From the NCBI RefSeq assembly GCF_006345805.1, contig NW_021824462.1:1-18440 (forward strand): a DNA stretch of 18,440 nt, read 5' to 3'. Below the pieces are notes generated by a model. That model saw nothing but the letters and a program-made list of their open reading frames with translations. It did no database searches and was not told where the DNA came from. Positions 10,398-18,440 of this stretch are shown here, piece by piece (position 1 is the first letter of the stretch; every line of letters begins with the position of its first letter). Source of the stretch: Octopus sinensis (Eukaryota). The position numbers and the translations under genes were made by a program.

Positions 10398-10829
10398 GGC
10401 GTAAGAGTGACAGTGCGGTAAGTAGCTTACCAGCCACGTGGTTCTGGGTTCAGTCCCACTACGTGGCACCTTGGGCAAGTGTCTTCTACTATAGCCTTGT
10501 AAGTGGATTTGGGAGACGGAAACTGAAAGAAGCCCGTCGTATATATGTATGTATATATATATATGTATGTATGTATGTGTATGTATATATATATATGTAT
10601 GTATGTGTGTGTGTATGTTTGTGTGTCTGTGTTTGTTCCCCCAACATCGCTTGACAACCGATGCTGGTGTGTTTACGTCTCAGTAACTTAGCGATTCGAC
10701 AAAAGAGACCGATAGAATAAGTACTAGGCTTACAAAGAAAAAGTCCTAGGGTCGATTTGCTCGACTAAAAGCGGTGCTACAGCATGGCCACAGTGAAATG
10801 ACTGAAACAAGTCAAAGAGTCAAAGAGTA
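10398..10829 (+). mobile_element. Family C SINE, full length, with internal (TA)/(TATG)/(TG)n at ~10540-10635
   Basis: Collinear with the reverse complement of 3492-3913; ends gaaacaagtcaaagagtcaaagagtaa. Confidence 0.92.
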
Positions 10830-11208
10830 ATCACAAAATTTAAAAACCTCAATAACACCATCTTTAAACGCTAATACATCATTACATTGCATCAAATCCC
10901 GGTGGAATAAACTTGCAAATGTGTAAAGAATCGACTAAAACGATAGTTGAGGGCATCGCAGTTTTCCTCCTGAGGAAATAGTTAACATATCAGTTTGAAA
11001 TTTATTATACAAGTTAATTATTTAATCATATAAATCATAAGATTTTACTCTGTTAAAATTGCTGTAGAGCACAATTAAATTATGAATAATATGTGAAACT
11101 TACGCTTTTCTACTATTAACTAGTATTTCTACTATTTAACTAGTATATAGTTAAATACTGGGAATGCGTGAAGTATTCTATTCAAGACAGACGAGAATAA
11201 ATTGAAAG

Positions 11209-11420
11209 TTAACCCTTTCGATACCAACCTGGCTGAAACCGGCTCTAGTTCTATAGTACAAGTCTCTTGTTTTCATAAGTTCTTCCACCAAACCTTAGTC
11301 ACAATTTATGTTCTTAACACTAGCTTAATGATTACCAAGTTATTTTACTAAATTCTTTACTATATTTAAAATTAATTAACACAGAGCATCTCAACAGAAA
11401 TATGGTAACAAAAGGGTTAG
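11209..11420. mobile_element. piggyBac-like MITE copy 1
   Basis: ttaa|ccctttcgatacca ... tggtaacaaaaggg|ttag: 14-bp TIR with 12/14 match, CCC...GGG termini and TTAA-type flanks; small internal deletions relative to copies 2 and 3. Confidence 0.85.
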
Positions 11421-11434
11421 TCACCGTGATATTT

Positions 11435-11668
11435 TTAACCAACGTTTCTGATACCAATCCGCCTTAAACCAGCTCTGGCTCTGTAGTACAAATGTCTTGT
11501 TTACAAAAGTTCTGAATTAAAATCTTCCACAAAAACTTTAGTCACAATTTATGTTCCTAACACTAGCTTAATGATAAGTAAGTTATTTTACTAAATTCTT
11601 TGTTATATTTAAAGTAATTGAAAAAAACACAGAGCATCTCAACAGAAATATGGTAACAAAAGGGTTAA
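11435..11668. mobile_element. piggyBac-like MITE copy 2
   Basis: Same internal sequence; degenerate left end (ttaaccaacgtttctgatacca), intact right end tggtaacaaaaggg|ttaa. Confidence 0.83.
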
Positions 11669-11812
11669 GAAGGAAAATAATCAGCAGAAGACATAAGAAA
11701 AGGAATCCTCAATGTGATCACTCTATATGCTAGAAATAATAGCCTAAACTTCCTTCAATCCACACCCTTCGAAATGCTTCTAATGTGCATCTGTCCAAGT
11801 GTAGAGGTGTGT

Positions 11813-12417
11813 TTAACCCTTTCGATACCAACCTGGCTGAAACTGCCTCTGGCTCTGTCGTACAAGTGTCTGGTTTTCATAAGTATTGAATTAAAATCTT
11901 CCACCAGACCTTAGTCAAAATTTATGTTCCAAACACTAGCTTAATGATAACCAAGTTATTTTACTAAATCCTTTGTTTTATTTAAAGCTAGTAGTATCGC
12001 CCGGCGTTGCTCGGGTTTGTTTCGACTCTTTAGAATTGGAATTTTTGAAAAGGAAAAATTTTGCATTATGTAGCTTGTTATTCTCTGGTTGAAATACAAC
12101 GAAAAAGGGCGACACAGCAGTCACAAAATCGTAAAAAATAGGGATTTTCATAGAAAAAAAGCACATTTTGATGAAAATAATGTTTGGTCTTAACATGGTC
12201 CGATTTGAATTTTTTCTTCTACGGAAGGAAGAGCAAGCCTTCTTCTATCAAACTTCCAATTTTGGTCAACTTGCATCGCAGGGTCTCGGAGGAGATAGTG
12301 TTAGTTGAAGGCTACCAAACCTGCCATACACAGACAACTTCAGCTTTATATATAGAGAGAGATTACTTGAAAGAAACACAGAGCATCTCAAAATAAATAC
12401 AGTAATGAAAGAGTTGG
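11813..12417. mobile_element. piggyBac-like MITE copy 3, split by a Helitron (MITE parts 11813-11987 and 12363-~12417)
   Basis: ttaa|ccctttcgataccaacc...tttaaag, resuming after the insert as ttacttgaaagaaacacagagcatctcaa with a degenerate right TIR (aaagagttg). Confidence 0.82.
11988..12362 (-). mobile_element. Non-autonomous Helitron, 375 bp
   Basis: On the minus strand it begins A|TCTCTCTCTATATATAAAGCTGAAG and ends with a GC-rich hairpin (cccgagcaacgccggg, + strand 12000-12015) 8 nt before a terminal CTAG. No TSD; the flanking MITE rejoins cleanly when it is removed. Confidence 0.85.
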
Positions 12418-12921
12418 TGAAAATTCAGACCGAATATGTTTCTCAAGAAATATGAAGTGAAAGAATTAATCTACCTACAATGTATTAGCCACTGTTTATA
12501 GAACACTATGTTTTCCTTTGTTCTTACACCAACTGAAAGCACCTTCAAAGACAATGATATTTAGCTAGCGAATCGAATTCACCGTAGAGAGCCCTTACGT
12601 GTCATAAACTATCACTCACACTGCACCTGGAAAAAATAAATACCTTAACCATCTGTTCAAAAGCGAAGTGAATAACATCCTGCAAGTCGGTAGTGAATTT
12701 CTCAAGAAGCATTCACTCTCTAATAGTTCTCTATATGAAACCAGGTTTGTAAGACTAACATACGGACGCAATGACTTAGAAGAGAAACACTTTGTATACC
12801 GCAAACAGACAAATCATCATTGGTGTTTCTCGTAAACTTGAAGAGGATATTCGTAACTGTTACATCATGTCACATCTCAAAGATTATGTTTTTTCAGTGC
12901 AAGACCACGATATGGCTACGA

Positions 12922-13094
12922 AATATTCTTTGCTATTTTAAGCACAAGGTACGAGATTTTGAGGGAAGGGGGCCAGTCGATTAGATCGACCCCAGTACAC
13001 AACTGGTACTTAATTTATCGACCCCCGAAAGGATGAAAGGCGAAGTCGACCTCGGCGGAATTTGAACTCAAAACGTAATGGCGGACGAAATACC
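12922..13094 (-). mobile_element. Family A SINE (tail type 1), first of a tandem trimer
   Basis: gcacaagg..atttt..ggggccagtcgattagatcgaccccagt...cgaaaggatgaaaggcgaagtcgacctcggcggaatttgaactc; head cut at gaaatacc. Confidence 0.9.
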
Positions 13095-13293
13095 TATTTC
13101 TTTACTATCCACAAGGGGACAAACAAGGACAGACAAACGGATTTAGTCGATTATATCGACCCCAGTGCGTAACTGATACTTATTTAATCGACCCCGAAAG
13201 GATGAAGGGCAAAGTCGACCTCGGCGGAATTTGAACTCAGAACGTAGTGGCAGACGTAATACTACTAAGCATTTCGCCCAGTATGCTAACGTT
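13095..13293 (-). mobile_element. Family A SINE (tail type 2), second of the tandem trimer
   Basis: tatttctttac...ggacagacaaacgga...gtcgacctcggcggaatttgaactcagaacg...atgctaacgttt. Confidence 0.9.
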
Positions 13294-13296
13294 TTT

Positions 13297-13473
13297 TATT
13301 TCTTTATTGCACACAAGGGGCTAAACATAGAGGGGACAAATAAAGACAGACAATGGAATTAAGTCGATTACATCGACACCAGTGTGTAACTGGTATTTAA
13401 TTTATCGACCCCGAAAGCATGAAAGGCAAAGTCGACCTCGGCGGAATTTGAACTCAGAACTCAGAACGCAACG
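13297..13473 (-). mobile_element. Family A SINE (tail type 2), third of the tandem trimer
   Basis: Same tail and core; head lost at the (GT)n tract at 13476-13512. Confidence 0.9.
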
Positions 13474-13847
13474 TTCGTGTGTGTGTGTATGTGTGTGTGT
13501 GCGTGTGTGTGTATGTAATTCTACTCATACACACAACACCCACACACGCGTACGATACGAACAAACAGTAAATCATGTAAATTGCGAGAGTTAAATACAA
13601 GTTGAGACTGAAGGAAAAAGTTTGAATTATGGTAAACTATGCTCCCCATAATTGGTACAGGCAACGCCCTCTTTAGCAACCTTCTATTAATGTAGATATC
13701 AAGGGGAAATATAGAGAGTACGTTAATTAATACATATTGTGATTTGATTATAATTTGGGTGTGCCTGTGCGTCTGTGTACGCGTGTGTGTGTTCTTCAAG
13801 AACATAGACATCTATTGACAAAGACAGGTATTCGTGAAATATTTATA

Positions 13848-14035
13848 AGCGGAGATGGTCATTAGAGCGTCGGCAAAAATGTCTTTACACCATTTGTTCC
13901 GGCTCTTTATGCATGCTCCGAGTACAAATCCCACCAGGATCGAATTTCTCTCTACTTCCGGGGGCAATAAATTGAAATATCAGCCAGGTGCTGGGGCCAG
14001 TGCTATCAACTAAGCCTTCCCCTCAAATTTGGTGA
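13848..14035 (+). mobile_element. Highly degenerate family A SINE
   Basis: cattagagcgtcggcaaaaatg...gagtacaaatcccacc...gggggcaataaa...gctggggcc...cccctcaaatttgg remnants in the expected order. Confidence 0.5.
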
Positions 14036-14057
14036 TATTGTAAAAAATTGGTTTTAA

Positions 14058-14248
14058 ATTTTGGCACAAGGCCAGCAATTTCTGAGGAGGAGGTAAGTCG
14101 ATTACATCGATCCCAATGCTCAACTGGCATTTATTTTATCGACCCCCGAAAGGATGAAAGACAAAGTCGACCTCAGCGGGATTTGAACACAGAACGTAAA
14201 GATGGATGAAACGCCGCTAAGCACAAACGTTTCTGCCATCTCGCCTCC
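14058..14248 (-). mobile_element. Family A SINE (tail type 1) with internal head deletion
   Basis: ggcacaaggccagcaattt...gtcgattacatcga...cgaaaggatgaaagacaaagtcgacctc...aacgtttctgccatctcgcc. Confidence 0.87.
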
Positions 14249-14444
14249 TTTGAAACCATTAGTATTATCATTATTATTAGTATTAGTATTACCGAGAAGA
14301 GTAAGGTGCTCTGTCGGATTGGGTTAGATTTTGTTGGGTATGAAAACGCTGTCATCGATGACTGTTCAAGACACAGAGTAACGAAATTTTACTTGCGCAC
14401 TCGTTCAGCGTTCGAGGATTGTGAAACAGCTATTGTCAAGTATA

Positions 14445-14670
14445 TATTTCTTTATTGCCCACAAGGGGCTAAACATAGAGGGGGGACAAAGAAGGACAGA
14501 CAAAGGGATTAAGTCGATAACATCGACCCCAGTGCGAAACTGGTGCTTTATTTATCGACCCCGAAAGGATGAAAAGCAAAGTGGACCTCGGCAGAATTCG
14601 AACTCAGAACGTAACGACAGATGAAATGCCGCAAACCATTTCGCCCGGCGTGCTAACGACTCTGCCAGCT
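14445..14670 (-). mobile_element. Family A SINE, near full length, tail type 2
   Basis: Reverse complement of 2198-2424 along its whole length, ending ccggcgtgctaacgactctgccagct. Confidence 0.9.
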
Positions 14671-15264
14671 AGCACGAAACCAACATCTTTCACACACTCA
14701 CACTCTCTCCATCTTCCTTTCTCTCTTATTCTTGGCCTTCTCTTCTCTCTCCTCTTTCCCTAAGGCTCTCCCTCACTAACTCTCCCAATTGAAACTCACC
14801 AGAAGCAACTAGGTTTCTCATTTCCATATAAAAAAAATTTATATTTACAAGTATTTTAATACTTTTTCAGTAAACAATGAAAACCAGTCAATCTGTTACA
14901 GTCGCCAAGACGTCATCGAATATCGATTAGATGGTTTCTTCAACATATTTCTATATGTTTGTGTTGACGTCAGCTTGCAAGTAAACCCGTGGGTATACGC
15001 ATAGGGTTCTTTCTGTGAACGACGCTCTGAGTGTGTATATGTGTTCGCATGCATATGTGTGCAAGTGCGTATGTGTGTTCGTGTGCTTGTATATGTTTCT
15101 CTTTCTCTCCCTTTCTCTCTCCCTCTGTATGCACGTGTGTTTTGTTTAATAAAATGGGCTAATCCAATGAGAAAGGCAAAATACTTAATCCCTCATGGAC
15201 TCTTCCGGCATGGTTTTTTTTTATGTGCGTGTGCGAGAGATGCACAAAGGCACAACAATAAAAA

Positions 15265-15507
<243 letters not shown>

Positions 15508-16063
15508 AATGCCCTGACGCAGTACCAGGCAGTGGTTCTCGTGGTTTCTGATGTTAACTGATTGGAAGTGTTATCATGTACATTGTTTTTTCTTGGCATA
15601 AAAGAAGGGCTACAGCAAATATTCTGCTCAATACCACAGATTTGCTTGTCAGTTGTTTGACCTTAACCAGTTGAGCATGTCCCTTAGTGGCTGACGATAT
15701 GTGCATCTCTGATCATGAGCAAAAATAGTGAGGGAGCATCATAGCAATGAGTTGAAAGGAATTCTTAGAGTTTTGGATAATTCACCTTTGGAAACATGGG
15801 TGGTTCGTTCAACATCCTTAAACAATCCTAATTCGGGGACCTTCTGAGCGGGATAGGCTACTCGACCAGAAGAAAATTCTAACTGGGCCCCACTTGCAAG
15901 GTCATGCGCTGTTTATCTTGCTATGAGATCGCTATGTCGCACAGATAGGTTGTGATGCATGTGCCTGGTGTACCCTTATCAGACGGGTAGTCATGATGGG
16001 TATACTGGGCTTCGTATATTTTACCCCAGTGTCACTCTGATGGCATGCACTGCTCTCTCACGC
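15508..16063 (+). mobile_element. Family B interspersed element, full-length copy
   Basis: aatgccctgacgcagtaccaggcagtgg ... gatggcatgcactgctctctcacgc followed by (aat)n; collinear with copies 1 and 2 but more diverged. Confidence 0.92.

Positions 16064-16120
<57 letters not shown>
16064..16120. repeat. Pure (AAT)n tail of family B copy 3
   Basis: Direct reading. Confidence 0.95.
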
Positions 16121-16647
16121 TCTTTTTCTTTTTTTTTTAAATAAATAATAATGTTCCGCTTTGATTTGCTCATGCTTGACAAAATCACGTGACAAGATGA
16201 GAGGAAGAGTGGGGAGGTGTTTAAGAGATGGTGGAACGGAGGAGGAGTTTACCCAGCAGTGAAGTTAGAAGCATGCATAGGGGAGACCTGATTAGGTAGA
16301 GTATTTGATTATTATTGCAATGTTGTTGTTATTGCTGGTGTTGGCAATCCTTTTGTTCCCATGGTGTAATTCAGAGTCTCGTTTAAATTAACATTATCAA
16401 ACATCCAGTTTCATTGGATTACTTTTATAGCCTGCATATTCACAATTGTTCATTCCAAATAGACATGCTACAGTCGGAAACATTAACGTTAGAGTTTCAA
16501 TTAAACAATTGGCCAATTAAGGGCTGACTGTTCAGTCACTGGCCCAAATTTTATGCCAATATAGATGTTTCATGGTGTACATACATAAATGCATACATAC
16601 ATGCAGGTGTGTGTATGTATATATATATAAACGTATTATTATTGTTA

Positions 16648-16649
16648 TG

Positions 16650-16713
<64 letters not shown>

Positions 16714-16746
16714 TAATCATAATCATAATCATAATCATAATAATAA
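16648..16746. repeat. (AAT)n grading into (AATCAT)n
   Basis: Direct reading. Confidence 0.93.
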
Positions 16747-16887
16747 GCAGAATGTAAAGGTGACTCAATGGTCGAGAGTTTCGTACACAACATTTACCAA
16801 AATGACAAATGGCAAGCATCAACTCTCAACATGTGTGTGAATAGTTGCCTGCATTCTAACACGCAAACGCACACGTACACATATATT

Positions 16888-17080
<193 letters not shown>

Positions 17081-17445
17081 TATTTTGTATTACCATTCCA
17101 TTTATATTGTAGATATTAAAGTATTTATTTTGAGCTCACGTTCAACGAGATCAACATACTTCTTCCAAGGCAAAGTAAAACAACATATTTTAGACATACC
17201 CAAAGAGCACACAAGAATTTAGATTATTTATTTATTTATTTATTTATTCATTCATTTGTTTATGTGTTTCCACTATTTAGTGGTCTTCTTCCTTATTTTT
17301 GCTGTTTTTTATAATTGTTGTTGTCTGTATAATATTTATCTATTTTCCACATACATGTTATATATATACACGATATAAAATATTAGAAGAAAAATATCCT
17401 CGTTTCTCTAAAACTTTGCACAAACTTGAAATATATCCAAGAATT

Positions 17446-17658
<213 letters not shown>

Positions 17659-17880
17659 ACACGAATTTATGTTTATTAACAAATACATCGATATACAAAC
17701 AGCAACACAGAGAGAAAAACACGCACATACATGCATAAAACTCATTGACGAACGCAAATATATACAGTTGACTATACACACGCATATACACACCTCATAT
17801 ATACACATACATATGGATATATGGAACTATTTTTTTTCCATAACTTTGAATTTCATCTTAGAAAACAAATAACCCGCCGT

Positions 17881-17895
17881 ATAATATATATATAT

Positions 17896-17971
<76 letters not shown>

Positions 17972-17993
17972 GTATATGTATATGTATATATAT
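17881..17993. repeat. (TA)n/(TATATG)n microsatellite
   Basis: Direct reading. Confidence 0.95.
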
Positions 17994-18271
17994 TCGTGTC
18001 CATTATAGTTTATCTCAGAAATGTTCATCGTATCTTGTTGAGATGATCTAACCAATCAATTGATAAATTAATTAATTGGCTTATTTTCAGTTTGTTATTC
18101 GAGTATTTTATCGTCTTTTTGTATGTATGAATGTGTGTTTTATTTCTATGTGTGGTTTTTATTTAAATTTCACATACACATTCTAACTACAATATTGAGT
18201 TCTCTGTGACTTGCTTTCGTTATCATACGCCGGCAACATCACAGTATATACATATATGTGTGTGTGTTACG

Positions 18272-18326
18272 TATATATATATATATAGATATATATATTA
18301 TATATATATAATATATATATATATAT

Positions 18327-18364
<38 letters not shown>
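18272..18364. repeat. Interrupted (TA)n microsatellite
   Basis: Direct reading. Confidence 0.93.
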
Positions 18365-18367
<3 letters not shown>

Positions 18368-18440
18368 ACGATATCCAATGTAGTTAATTATGTTCTTTAA
18401 TTAATTGTGTGTTTATATATTTGTATATATATATATATAA

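Noticed and set aside
12599-12626. Minus-strand segment between a strong acceptor (ttattttttccag) and donor (gtaagg)
   Set aside because: Stop codons in all three frames; could only be non-coding or a poison exon, with no support
12608-12835. 75-codon ATG-less open frame on the + strand in unique sequence
   Set aside because: No start codon or good acceptor and no recognised family; compatible with chance
12898-12948. 51-nt exon-like segment (ttttttcag|...aag|gtacga)
   Set aside because: The donor and 3' half lie within the degenerate tail of a family A SINE
12922-13473. CRISPR-like repeat/spacer appearance
   Set aside because: Units are ~175-200-bp SINE copies with homologous spacers, in a eukaryotic context with no cas genes
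15508-15620. HDV-like ribozyme at the family B 5' end
   Set aside because: A hairpin is present (cttctgatc/gattggaag in copy 2), but I could not map P1, P1.1, L3 or the catalytic C by eye; a descriptor search would be needed

Overview
This is a eukaryotic, AT-rich, repeat-dense non-coding window (intronic or intergenic). It is most likely from an octopus genome, inferred from my recollection of these SINE families and the microsatellite load; no database check was possible. No protein-coding gene, RNA gene or CRISPR array can be supported, and nearly all listed ORFs are microsatellite or SINE translations. The window holds about 13 copies or fragments of a tRNA-headed SINE (family A, two alternative 3' tails) and 4 copies plus a tail stub of a second SINE (family C, internal microsatellite). 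It also holds 3 copies of a ~555-bp element (family B), always embedded in (AAT)n with fixed polarity. DNA elements are 3 clustered piggyBac-like TTAA MITEs, a canonical non-autonomous Helitron nested in the third MITE, and a DINE-1/HINE-like element nested in an (AAT)n tract. Long (TTA)n, (GATA)n, (TA)n and CT-rich tracts fill much of the rest. The most notable signals are the apparent microsatellite targeting by family B, the nested rolling-circle elements, near-identical inverted repeats able to form long dsRNA, and a GC-rich island with a possible four-way-junction fold. Family names A/B/C are working labels, and element boundaries are approximate unless termini are quoted.
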